The notes beneath the pieces are model-generated. The model saw only the letters and a list, made by a program, of their open reading frames with translations. It was not told where the DNA came from and searched no databases. Made by a program: the position numbers and the translations under genes. From Octopus sinensis (lineage: Eukaryota): a stretch of DNA of 64,000 nucleotides. Numbering within the stretch: position 1 is the stretch's first letter; every line of letters begins with the position of its first letter. Shown here piece after piece: positions 48,296-59,287 of the stretch. Where the stretch lies: assembly GCF_006345805.1 (NCBI RefSeq), contig NC_043016.1:14818001-14882000 (forward strand), read 5' to 3'.

Positions 48296-48599
48296 ATACA
48301 TACACATATGTATACATACATACCTACATACATACATACATATATATATATATATTATAAATAGAATGAAATATGGCAGTTTTGCCATATTTCATTCCAT
48401 ATTGACTTCCTCTAATAAGCGCAGGGTTACATAATCGGATTGTTGACTAACACTCCATTAAATCCCAAGTGCGAAACTGATTGGTAAAATCAGCCATTAT
48501 GGATATATAATGCTGAACACTTCAAATATATATATATATATATATATGATGGACTCACCCATTGAAGACAACTTATGAGTGTTCAGCATTTTTGCCAAA

Positions 48600-48845
48600 T
48601 AACCTGCACAATCAATTTATTTATTGTAATTAGATGTTCATACTGCACAGCAGCTCATTCCCTGCATCAATTCAATGTTGCCTGAACAGGTGAATGGTGT
48701 GCCATGCATCAGGTGTCAGAGTGATTTCAGAGCAGTATGAGTTGAAGAGCTTTGTTCAAGAACATAATGCAACACCTAGTCTAGGAATTGAAACCACGAT
48801 CTCACAATCATGAGTGCATCATCCTAATCACTAGACCATGTGTCC
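48600..48845 (-). mobile_element. Degenerate tRNA-derived SINE
   Basis: Minus strand: GGACACATGGTCTAGTGATTAGG...GGTTTCAATTCC. Confidence 0.6.
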
Positions 48846-48894
48846 TCACTATATAGTGATGTAAACTGAAGCTGTTGCATATCATATATCATCG

Positions 48895-49755
48895 TCATTG
48901 TCGTCATCATTATCATCATCATCATTTAACATCCATTTTCCATGCTGGCATAGGTTAAGCAGCTTGACGGGAACTGGTAAGCTGGAGAGCTGCACCAGGT
49001 TCCAATCTGAGTTTGGATTGGTTTCTATGGCTGGATGTCCTTCCTAATGCCAACCACTCCAAGAGTGTAATAGGTGCTTTTTATGTGCCACTGGGTACCA
49101 GTTATGTGACACCAACATAAACCACAACTACAATTTCACTTGGCAAGATACATCTTCTCAAGCCCGGTATATCACCAAAGGTCTTGGTCACTTGTCGCTG
49201 CCTTCACGAGGCCCATTGTTCGAAGGGTGCTTTATACATACCATTGGTACAGGTGCCAGTCATGCAACACGAGCATCAGCCATGACTACCATTTCACTTG
49301 GCTTGATGGGTCTTCTCTTGGCTTGACGGGTCTTCACTTGGCTTGACTAATTTTCTCAGCATATCGCCAAAGGTCTCAGTCACTTGTCATTGTCACTGTG
49401 TGGCCCAGTGTTTGAAGATCCTGCTTCATCACCTCATCTCATATCTTGCTGGGTTTTCTGCTTCCACAGGTTTCCTCCACAGTTAGAGATCAGCACTTCT
49501 TTACACAGCTGTCCTTGTCCATACGCATCACATACTAACTTTCTTTCTTTCAAGCCTATGCATGTCCTCAGCAGTCACCATGTTTCGCTGCTGTATAACA
49601 TGTCTATTCACACACATGCATCATACAATCTGCCTTTCACTCTGAGGGAGAGGCTCTTTGTTACCAACAGAGGTAGGAGCTCTCTGAACTTTTCCCAGTC
49701 TATTCTTATTCTAGCCACTACACTCTCTGAGCATCCACCTCTACTACTAACTTGA
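48895..49755 (-). mobile_element. RTE LINE 3' end with internally deleted ORF and 3'UTR
   Basis: Minus strand: ARIRIDWEKFRELLPLLVTKSLSLRVKGRLYDACV..MLYSSETW, followed by the family 3'UTR and (GAT)n. Confidence 0.9.
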
Positions 49756-49889
49756 TCACCTAAATAACAGAAGCTATCAACTATTTCTAGCTTTCACCCC
49801 TGGGATAGTAGCTCATAAAAATATATATGGTGCTTATTAAATTATATGTGTGTGTGTGTGTGTGTATAGGGAGAGAGAGAAAGATATAT

Positions 49890-49931
<42 letters not shown>

Positions 49932-49933
<2 letters not shown>

Positions 49934-50190
49934 ATTAGTTCAATAAAGTTACAACATGGTCTGGTTTTCACATTTTTTATTATTGTATTTTAACTCAACA
50001 GTCAGTTAAATACATTTTGAAATCTGATGATTACTATGAATGTATGAAAGCGCTAATTGAACTTTATGAACATTACTAAATATTTTTTTTTTATGTTTAA
50101 CACAGTTCAACATTGTAAAAAAATATTTTCTAAAATACAATAAAAAAATGTAAAAACCAGATCATGTTGTAACTTTATTCAACTGATATA
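49932..50190 (+). mobile_element. MITE-like hairpin element (~60 bp arms) with a hammerhead in the loop
   Basis: TATTAGTTCAATAAAGTTACAACATG... is inverted as ...CATGTTGTAACTTTATTCAACTGATA. Confidence 0.85.
50021..50058 (+). ncRNA. Minimal type-I hammerhead motif (U10.1.U11.1 variant)
   Basis: AAU-CUGAUGA-U-UAC-uaugaau-GUA-U-GAAA-GCGC-U-A-AUU. Palindromic stem III AGCGCU, triplet CUA, short stems I and II. Confidence 0.65.
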
Positions 50191-50221
50191 TTATTCTATA
50201 CACATTTACACAAATTCAGAA

Positions 50222-50252
<31 letters not shown>

Positions 50253-50360
50253 ATTATATAATATATATATAATTATATATATATATATATATATATATCA
50301 CATATGTATCATTAGGGATTTTTTTCTCCGTCTTCCTTCCTTGGACCTTTCTTTTTCAAT

Positions 50361-50395
50361 GTTTCTGATGAAGAGCTCTGCTCGAAACATTAAAT
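50361..50395 (+). ncRNA. Minimal type-I hammerhead motif in a pseudo-LTR-like repeat (~50310-50490)
   Basis: GUUU-CUGAUGA-A-GAGC-ucu-GCUC-GAAA-CA-U-U-AAAU. Stem III ACGT has decayed to ACAT. Confidence 0.65.
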
Positions 50396-50534
50396 CCTCC
50401 TTCTTTCTAACCTTTCCTGAGCGTCCAATAACACTATACTTGTTCCACATCCTCGCGTTGTTGTGTTTTCTCTTTTTGCATGTTTTGAGTAACTATACAT
50501 GTGTGTGTGTGTGTTTGACTGGGTATATAAGCAT

Positions 50535-50850
50535 TTTAAGAGAAAATTTGATTATAAGAGGTATCAGTTGTGGCATGCAGGAGAGAAGACTGCACTGATA
50601 TGGTCATGGGATGCGTATGGATGAAGCCAGTTTTGTAAAGAAGTGCCAATCTCTAAATGTGGAAGGAACCTGTGGAAGAGATAGACCCAGGAAGATGTGG
50701 GATGTAGTGGTCACAAAATATTATACTTGATTGGAAACAGGTGAAGTTTGGTGATAGGAAGGGCATCCAGCCATATAAATGTCTTCCTCAATAAAGTCTG
50801 TCTGACCCATGCAAGCATGGAAAAGTAGACATTAATGAATGATGATGATG
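50535..50850 (+). mobile_element. RTE 3' fragment with short tail lacking the hairpin array
   Basis: QERRLH*YGHGMRMDEASFVKKCQSLNVEGTCGRDRPRKMWDVVV, then ATAGGAAGGGCATCCAG...GACATTAATGAATGATGAT. Confidence 0.85.
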
Positions 50851-51094
50851 ATCATCATCATCATCGTGGCAACAACGATGATGATATATCAGTAGACTTC
50901 ACACAGTTGCCATCTACCAAATTTTGCTCACAAGATGCAGGTCAAACTGAAATTAATGGGAGCCATGTAGTGGAATCAAATACTCAGAACTATGTGGTTA
51001 CTCTCTAAATTTCTTTCCCTTTGGGCAGAAACAAATGAAAGAAATGTTTGTAGTTTAAAAGAAGTCAAAGAGCTTACCAGCATTTATATACAAT

Positions 51095-51398
51095 AAAAAG
51101 CACCATCCGAATCGTGGCCGAAGCCAGTGCCGCCTCGACTGGCTTCCGTGCCAGTGGCATGTAAAATGCACCAATCCGACCGTGGCCGATGCCAGCCTCG
51201 CCTGGCACCAGTGCAGGTGGCACGTAAAAAGCACCCACTACACTCGCGGAGTGGTTGGCGTTAGGAAGGGCATCCAGCTGTAGAAACACTGCCAGATAAG
51301 ACTGGAGCCTGGTGCAGCCTTCTGGCTTCACAGATCCCCGGTCGAACCGTCCAACCCATGCTAGCATGGAGAACGGACGTTAAACGATGATGATGATA
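51095..51398 (+). mobile_element. RTE 3'UTR, young
   Basis: Family homology with CpGs retained. Confidence 0.92.
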
Positions 51399-51447
51399 TA
51401 TATAATGCTATTAAATTCCAGACTTTATTGTATTCATAACCCTTTAC

Positions 51448-51509
51448 CTGTACTCATAAGCCTAAACCAGAATTCTTGTATATCTTGACACTGTTCTCTT
51501 TCACCTTTT
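51448..51509 (-). CDS. Candidate exon (or 14 bp microexon 51448-51461)
   Basis: CAG|GTAAAG donor. KGEREQCQDIQEFWFRLMST (phase 2 to 1), phase-compatible with 52205-52271. Confidence 0.25.
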
Positions 51510-51921
51510 CTGCCAACAGTTTTTTTTTTACTTGCATTGTTTTTTAGTCTTTGTTTACCTTTTACAGAATATAAAAATCTATGGGCTTGACTTGTATCTT
51601 ATGCAACTGAGAAATAAATGTAGAAAAGAAAAAGAAAAAGAACAAAAAAGAGGGGAAAAAAGAAAGAAAAAAAAATCAATCACCACGTTTTATACTGCCA
51701 TATGTTTCCTGTTCAATGTAAAAGAGTATAAGGGTTACGGTAGCAGATATTTTATCATGTTGCTTTGTATATTCTGTAGAAGGAGAAGAGAAAGAGAGAA
51801 ATGGAGGGTGAGAGGGAGAAGGGGTAGTAATAGAAAGAAATAGAAATAAACCAAGAGAAAGACAAAATGATAAGGGTGGAAGCAGAGGAGGGACAGTGTG
51901 TATTTTGTTTTTTCTTTCTTT

Positions 51922-51958
<37 letters not shown>

Positions 51959-52204
51959 TTGCTATGAAACTGTATTCTTGACATCGATACTGCTTTAACT
52001 TGGATCAATTTGGATGAATCAACTTCTTCACAACATGTTTGACATTTCAAACCAGTGTGTTACTTTAAATAGGTGCCATAAAAACACACATTCAACTCCT
52101 GACATAGATGTAGGTTTTCAAGGATTGCAAGTGTAGAGCAGTGAATTAAATACATTACAGTATAAATTTTGCTGAAATAGTTTTTGTGTTCAAATCAGAC
52201 CTAC

Positions 52205-52271
52205 CTCAACATGTAACATACAGGAGCTTCAATTCTATTAATTATATTCCACAAAAGTTGACCTTTTATTA
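52205..52271 (-). CDS. Candidate internal exon
   Basis: TTCATTGATTTACACAG|...GAG|GTAGGT. IKGQLLWNIINRIEAPVCYML (phase 1 to 2), compatible with 54934-55030. Confidence 0.35.
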
Positions 52272-52287
52272 CTGTGTAAATCAATGA

Positions 52288-52580
52288 AGGCACATGGCTT
52301 AGTGGTTAGGGTATTCAACTCACGATCGTAAAGTCATGAGTTCAATTCCTAGCGATACGTTGTGTCCTTGAGCAAGACACTTTATTTCATGTTGCTTCAG
52401 TCCACTCAGCTGGCAAAAATGAATTGCACCTGTATTTCAAAGAGACAAGGCTTGTCACACTCTGTGTCATGCTGAATCTCCCCCCCAAAATACATTAAGG
52501 GTACACTTGCACATTAGTTTCACAAGCAGGCTGTTCTGTTGATCGGATCAACAGGAACCCTTATCATCGTAAGTGACAGT
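52288..52580 (+). mobile_element. tRNA-derived SINE family E
   Basis: TGGCTTAGTGGTTAG, GAGTTCAATTCC, then GTGTCCTTGAGCAAGACACTT (CORE/V-like segment). Confidence 0.8.
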
Positions 52581-52829
52581 TTAAATTGATGAATTAATAA
52601 AGAAACTGTTGCAAAAGTGGGAAACTAAAACTAAACTATTTGAAAAAAGCTTGAGGGTTTCTTTTTAATATTTTATTTCATTTCATTTCATACAGTTCAG
52701 GGTCCAAATTCCACCATAGATGACTTTACAGTTCCATCATTTTTGCAATCTATAGAGTAGAGCTTCAATGAATCAATTATATTCTCAAACCTTCAATACT
52801 TGACATTATGCAAGCAAAAGAAACCAATA

Positions 52830-53228
52830 TCTTTTACTTTTTATCTTTTATTAGACTGCAGCCATGCTGGAGCAACACCTTGAAGGACTTTTAATCAAAT
52901 GTGTTGACTCCAGTACTTTTTTGTTTTTTGGTCTTAAAGCCTGGTACTCATTCTGTTGATTTCTTTTGCTGAACCACTAAGTCATGGGGACATAAACACA
53001 CCAACACTGGTTGTAAAATAGTAGTAGGGGCAAACACAAACACAAAGACATACGCATAGGTATACATACAAACAATGGGCTTCCTTCAATTTCTGTCTAC
53101 CAAATCCACTCACAAGGCATTTGTCAGCTTGAGACTACAGTAGAAAACACTCGCCCAAGGTGCCATGTAGTGGAACTGAACCCGGAACCTTGTGATTGGG
53201 AAGTAAGCTTCTTACCACACAGCCATGA
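52830..53228 (-). mobile_element. SINE family A
   Basis: Full reverse-complement copy. Confidence 0.85.
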
Positions 53229-53356
53229 ACTTACATGGCCATGAGATTAAGAAATTTTTCAGAAAGTGATCTTTGGACAAATTATATCCTTGGATTCACC
53301 AATGGATTGTGAATGGAATTTGGCAGATGGAAACTGTTCAGGAACTCATCATGTAA

Positions 53357-53402
<46 letters not shown>

Positions 53403-53464
53403 TTAGGTGCGTACCTGGATGTCTGTAACATGTGTATCTCTGCATGTTTATGTGTATGTATGTA

Positions 53465-53792
53465 TATATCATCATCATCATCATTTAACATCCATTTTAA
53501 ATGGTTTGACTGGAACTGGTAAGCCGGAGAGCTGCATCAGGCTCCGGTCGCCTGCTTGTCTTGCAAGGTACCAGGATACCCTGTCAGTGTTGGTGCCATG
53601 CAAAAAAACACTGGTGCTGGTAAAAAGCACCCACTACACTCTTTAAAGTGGCTGGCATAAGGAAGGATAACCAGCTGTAGAAACCTTGCCAAAACAGAAA
53701 ATGGAACCAGGTGTGACTCCTGGCATTGCCAGGTCCTGTAAAATCGTCCAACCCATACCAGCATGGGAAATGGGTGCTAAATGATGATGATG
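53465..53792. mobile_element. Two RTE 3' tails in opposite orientation
   Basis: (CAT)n-TTAACATCC... at 53470 (-), and ...GGTGCTAAATGATGATGATG at 53790 (+). Confidence 0.7.
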
Positions 53793-53849
53793 AGTCTTTC
53801 CTGTGACATTCTAATCATATGTTCATAGTACCAGAGCTATGACCTCTCA

Positions 53850-54270
53850 ATGTGGAGAAGTCATGGCTCAACCTCGAAAGATTCCCTGATCTTCATAATC
53901 ACCCACCTTGTCAAGTAACACCATTCCAGAGATTCTTTGGAGAAATCCCATTTCAGCCACTTGTATCCCATTAACAATAAAATATTACTAATACTTTTGT
54001 TATAAATATTTTTTTTTCTTTCTATTTTAAATAGGCCTATAGATGCTCAGCTCTGATCTTACATTATCAAAATCAGAGATGTGCAGTGATCCAGATAATA
54101 GGATGTCAGTGTAACTCTGGATGTCATTGCTGAAATGCACAATGGGTATGATGGCAGAACACTTTTTCTCACTGATGCCAAGAGGAGATGGAGAAACAAT
54201 AGTACAAATGATTGCTGAATGAGGAGAATGTGTGAAGAAAAGAAGGATAGACCTAAGTAAAATATGCACG
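53850..54270 (-). mobile_element. Possible degenerate CR1-group RT fragment
   Basis: DNVRSELSIYRPI resembles GDRSxPSNYRPI. The remainder is highly decayed. Confidence 0.35.
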
Positions 54271-54279
54271 AGTTACTTA

Positions 54280-54720
54280 CAGGTGCAGGAATGGCTGTGT
54301 GGTATGTAGCTTGCTTCCTAACCACATGGTTCTGGGTTCAGTCCCACTGCATGGCACCTTGGGCAAGTGTCTTCTACTATAGCCTCAGGGCGACCAAAGC
54401 CTTGTGAGTGGATTTGGTAGACAGAAACTGAAAGAAGCCTGTCGTATATATGTATGTGTGTGTGTCTGTGTGTCTCTGTGTGTGTGTGTATGTGTGTCTG
54501 TGTGTGTATGTGTGTCTGTGTTTACCCCCACCCCCAATATCGCGTGACAACCGATGGTGGTGTGTTCACATCTCCATAACTTAGTGGTTCGGCAAAAGAG
54601 ACTGATAGAATAAGTAATAAGCTTCCAAAGAATAAGTCCTGGGGTCAATTTGCTCAACTAAAGGCAGTGCTCCAGCATGGCCACATCAAATGACTGAAAC
54701 AAGTAAAAGAGTAAAAAGTA
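54280..54720 (+). mobile_element. SINE family A, full length
   Basis: Same modules as 9860-10267. Confidence 0.9.
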
Positions 54721-54933
54721 ATTAAGATGTAATCCTCAATGAATTGCTATGAGGGTAAATAAGTGGCAACAGGACAAGTGCTTCTTGGTATACTTGGTAT
54801 GCCCAGGCTACCAAGTATTTGTTGAACTTTAGAAATAACTGTTAACCTATAAAATTGGAACTTCATTCTATTGTCTTCAGATGGCTTTAGTCTGAATTTT
54901 GAAATGCTACAACTTGGCATGTTTTCCTCTCAC

Positions 54934-55030
54934 GTAAAATCTCTGAGTTCTGGTGCAATAAAATCAATGCTAAACCTATAAATTCTAGCAAAACGTCCAC
55001 AGTTTCTTTCAATAACGCATCTAAAATGTT
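54934..55030 (-). CDS. Candidate internal exon
   Basis: CTTTTAAAGTTTAG|...C|GTGAGA. NILDALLKETVDVLLEFIGLALILLHQNSEIL (phase 0 to 1), with amphipathic-helix-like composition. Confidence 0.35.
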
Positions 55031-55079
55031 CTAAACTTTAAAAGTGTAGTCCTTAGTTTCCCTTGGTTCTTGTTCTCTT

Positions 55080-55420
55080 ATCATCATCATCATCGTTTAA
55101 CGTCCGTTCTCCGTGCTAGCACGGGTTGGATGGTTCAACCGGGGTCTGGGAAGCCAGGAGGCTGCACCAGGCTCCAGTCTGATCTGGCAGTGTTTCTACA
55201 GCTGGATGCCCTTCCTAATGCCAACTACCCCATGAGTGTAGTGGGTGCTCTTTACATGCCACTGGCACAAGTGCCAGGGGATGCTGGCAGCGGCCATGAT
55301 CAGTTGGTGCTTTTTACATGCCACTGGCACAGAAGCCAGTCAAGGCGGCGCTGGCATAGTCACGTTTGGATGGTGCTTTTTACGTGCCACCGGCACAGGT
55401 ATCACAACTACAATTTCCAT
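55080..55420 (-). mobile_element. RTE 3'UTR with three hairpin units
   Basis: Family homology. Confidence 0.9.
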
Positions 55421-55529
55421 ATTTTGTGCAAAATATTTAAATAAGTTTTATTTTAACCGGATTGTTTTGAAGGAAGGCATTGATAATAGACTTCACTGAC
55501 ACTCAGAGATTGGTTGGAATGACATGATT

Positions 55530-55810
55530 AATGTTCCTCAAGAGAATTCCAGAGGGTTGACATCCTAGGGTCTTAAACTTGGTGATTAGTGCAAGGCATG
55601 AGGAGAGGGTGTGGACCCAATATTGGTAATAAGGGGTGGAGAGACAAGTCAGACGTGCTTGAATGGAGATGGTTCAAGATGAATCAGCCGTGAGGTACAG
55701 AAGCAAGTGTAGTGGTTAGCAGTAGAAAAAGCATAGAGAGAAGACAGAACATCTACGAATCAGAAGCTGGAGTGTGTTGGTAATTTCATGCTAATCAATC
55801 TGGTTGTCTT
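55530..55810 (-). mobile_element. Degenerate CR1-group LINE C-terminal fragment
   Basis: TNTLQLLIRRCSVFSLCFFY resembles LQPLxHRRxVSSLCLFYRY. Confidence 0.5.
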
Positions 55811-56177
55811 TTGTGGGTGGAAAGCAATGTTTTAGAAAGATGAGCAAAAAAGTGTGCATGTGTGTGTGTGTGTGTGCATTGTCTGTGAAAGAGAGGGAGA
55901 AAAAGAATTAGTGAGAAAGAGAGAGAAAGAAAATGAACAGACCAGTTCATCACTCCATTACAATAATCAATCTTTTAGCACTTCTTCCTGTAAAATCTTC
56001 TTTTATACCACAAAAGGATCTTTAATCTGAGATTTTTTTTCCATATTTTATTTCAGGATGATTTTGAAAAACATTTAAGAAATATGATGTTATTTCAAGA
56101 TGGACAAACAGACTTGCTTATAAATATAAATTGATAAAAGAGAATTTTCAATGAGTGAAGTACATGAATCAACACTT

Positions 56178-56405
56178 ATTAACCCTTTAGTGTTCAGATT
56201 ATTCTATCAAACATAATGCTTATTGATTCCCATTAATTTGAATTAATCATGCATTATCTCATATCTTCAAGATCTTGATGGTGTAATTACTTAATGTAGA
56301 ATAACATTGTAGGGTAGGTGTGAGAGCCTGGTTATGACTAGTTTGAACATAAAACAGATTAACTATTTTGGCCGGATATGGCTGGTTTAAATACTAAAGG
56401 GTTCA
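56178..56405 (-). mobile_element. piggyBac-type MITE, single copy
   Basis: TTAACCCTTTAG...CTAAAGGGTTCA. Homologous to the 43243-43915 units. Confidence 0.75.
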
Positions 56406-56582
56406 ACATGAATTTTTCTTTAGAAATTGTTATAAATGCATGATATTTGTAGTATTTGTATCAAAGAAAATAGTTAGTGTCGCTTATAATGATTTCTAAG
56501 ATAGGGAAAAGACCACAAGTTGGGGAAGACAGCTGAGAAGTAATCATCCATTTGAGCAACTCAGTAATTGACCAGCAATTGT

Positions 56583-56830
56583 TGAAACGCAAAGCTGATT
56601 CCCACTGCATCTAAGCATGGATGAAACGCTGACCCCCTCTACATCTAAACAAGGATGAAACGCAAAGCTGAGCCCCACTATATCTAAACTAAGCAAGGAT
56701 GAAATGCAAGGATGAACCACTGATTCCCACTTCATCTAAGCATGGATGAAATGCTGACCCCCAACTACATCTCAGTAAGGATGAAACGCAAAGCTGGTCC
56801 CCTCTACATTTAAACTCAGGACATCAAAGT
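56583..56830. repeat. Minisatellite of ~34-44 bp units with alternating variants
   Basis: About six units of GGATGAAA(C/T)GC(AAAG)CTGA..CCC.CT.CATCT.A. Confidence 0.9.
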
Positions 56831-57987
56831 TGGTCCCCACCCCCACCAAAACTCTACAAATTGAACTTAGAATTATATCTAAACACCACAAAATGTTTTG
56901 TCTGTCTCACAACTAAAAGGTTGATGTTATGGAGAGACAAGCTGTCAATTACCTTAGTCTGAGTCTGCAACTTGGATTTAATTTCTAAGAGAGAGAGAGA
57001 GAGAGAGACAGAGAGAGACAGACAGACAGAGAAAGACATAGACAGACAAAAGAAAAAGACAGAAAGAGACAGAGAGGAGGCATATTTCACATTCACAAAT
57101 ATGTGGTCTTCAGCTTTTGTAAGAAATGAATCGTATTTTCAATTTAATTTCTTATAAAGATTTAAATTATAGATGACTAAAAAAACAAGCAAACAATGAT
57201 ATTTATGATTCCCACCCCACCCCACCCCACCCCCATAGCATTGAACGATTTGAGTGAAAGAGGTTGTAATTAGGAATCAAAACCAGCTCATTCTTTTTGC
57301 TTGGAATTTGCTGCTCCAAGGTTTTAATACACATTATTGATTCCGGATCATGCTTGGAATTAAGGTAACAGTGAATAATTATCATAAGAGATCAGATGAA
57401 CAAACACTCTTCCCCAGTAACGGGCTCTTTTTTTCTTCTTTCGGCACACCTGTATATACCTTTCTGTTATGGAGCCCAGTGAAGAAAACTCCTTAGCGGT
57501 TGTCCAAACAGCTAGAAGTAACAGCCAAATATCCCTCAAAATACACCTTACTGTCTACGCAAAAGGGAAAATACATAAGATCCTGAATTAGTTGTAGATA
57601 TTACCCCCCCCCCCCACTGAAAAACAAAACAAAACAAAAAGAAAAATAGATGGACCTAACTGGAATGCCATTAATTATGAGGTGTGTGCTCCATCAGGGG
57701 CAGACCTGAGCTAAACAACAATAGCAACAACCCCATTTTACATCTATTTAATTCAATTTAGCCAATGCAGTGGTCTCACCCTGTCTATTGATTATTAACT
57801 ATTGTGTGGATTAGAACAAGTTTTATTGCTTTTTTCTTTGTATTTTTTTTTTTATCCACCTTTCCCTGGAGATTATATAGAAATATTTTGTGCTTGTTTA
57901 TACAGCTTCTTACTTAACTATTTTCATATTCCTAGATTGCCATATCTGAATATATAAAATAGTGGTGGTAGCCAGTGTTGCTACTTA

Positions 57988-58178
57988 CTATTAAAAACCA
58001 ACCAAGCTCTCTACACACTGTGTATGGCTTTTCAGAAGATGCTGCTTGTACTGGCAGAACCAATGCTATCTTCTACGCCCACGTGTTTTTTTTCTTTCTT
58101 CTTTCTCTCTTTTTTATTTATTTATTTATTTATTTTTTGCTAATTTTACTAGACACACTCTTCTTTTTTCTTCGATCC
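57988..58178 (-). other. Candidate non-coding (5'UTR) exon
   Basis: TTTTCCATTCGATATTTACAG| acceptor and |GTAAGT donor. A-rich, with no convincing ORF. Confidence 0.3.
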
Positions 58179-58299
58179 TGTAAATATCGAATGGAAAACC
58201 AGATAGATTATTCTGGCTGCCTGTTATACTTATATTCGTTCAGGCTTTCGCCTTTTCTCATCTCGCCATTCATTCATAAAAACTATTTATATAACTAAT

Positions 58300-58997
58300 G
58301 TGTATGTATGTATATGTGCGTGTATGTATGTGTATGTGCGTGTATGTATGTATATGTGCGTGTATGTATGCGTGTGTGTGCCTGTTCTCTCATTCGCTTC
58401 CTACCTCATTTAAATATTTTTATGCTTGTTTTTCTTTAGTATCCAGGTTTACGCCCGCGCCCGCTTACTAATTGGTGTTTCTCTCTCGCTCATCTCTTCT
58501 GTCGCCCACACACCCACACACACACCCACACACGAATGTCTGAACTAGTTGATCCACCTACACACACACACATACACACATACATACATCATACGCCCTC
58601 GTAAGCGTGACCACATGTTCAAACACGCGCTCGTAAGGATATCGCTAAGACAGATTCGAAGAGTTAGAGAGAGAGAGAGAGGGGTAGGGATAGAAAGAAA
58701 ACCAGACTTGGAGTCTCTTTGCAATTGTTCTAAGGTTACATCGTAGTGGATGTCTTTGGCATCGACCACATCCATTTCTTCTCCACCACTTTCTTTTCAT
58801 TGCAAGCGAAAATTCCTGCGATTGTCGCATTATTGCAGCATTTGTAGGTTAAGACAAAGTGGTCTGACTACTCTATCACCTGATTCCTTACATTGTTCTA
58901 ATAAATGCTAAATTACAAAATTTCTTCAACAGCAATGAAGTGTCAATGCATTCGGCTGCTAAATTCGCGAACCGATTTCAAATTCCGATTACATATC

Positions 58998-59058
<61 letters not shown>

Positions 59059-59251
59059 GCGCGCGCACACACACACGCACACACACATATTAGATAATGT
59101 CCTTGTGTTTATCAAACAACTATATTTTCGATTGCATTTTTTTTTAAAGGTGTATGAAATTTGAATTTTATTAAAATTAGAATTCTTAAATGACGATAAA
59201 ATATCGAATACACAAAACAGAACTTTTCTGTTAATTACAAACAGAAAGACG

Positions 59252-59287
<36 letters not shown>

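Noticed and set aside
56583-56830. Hammerhead in the minisatellite (CTGA and GAAAC recur)
   Set aside because: CTGA is never followed by N-GA, and stems cannot be formed.
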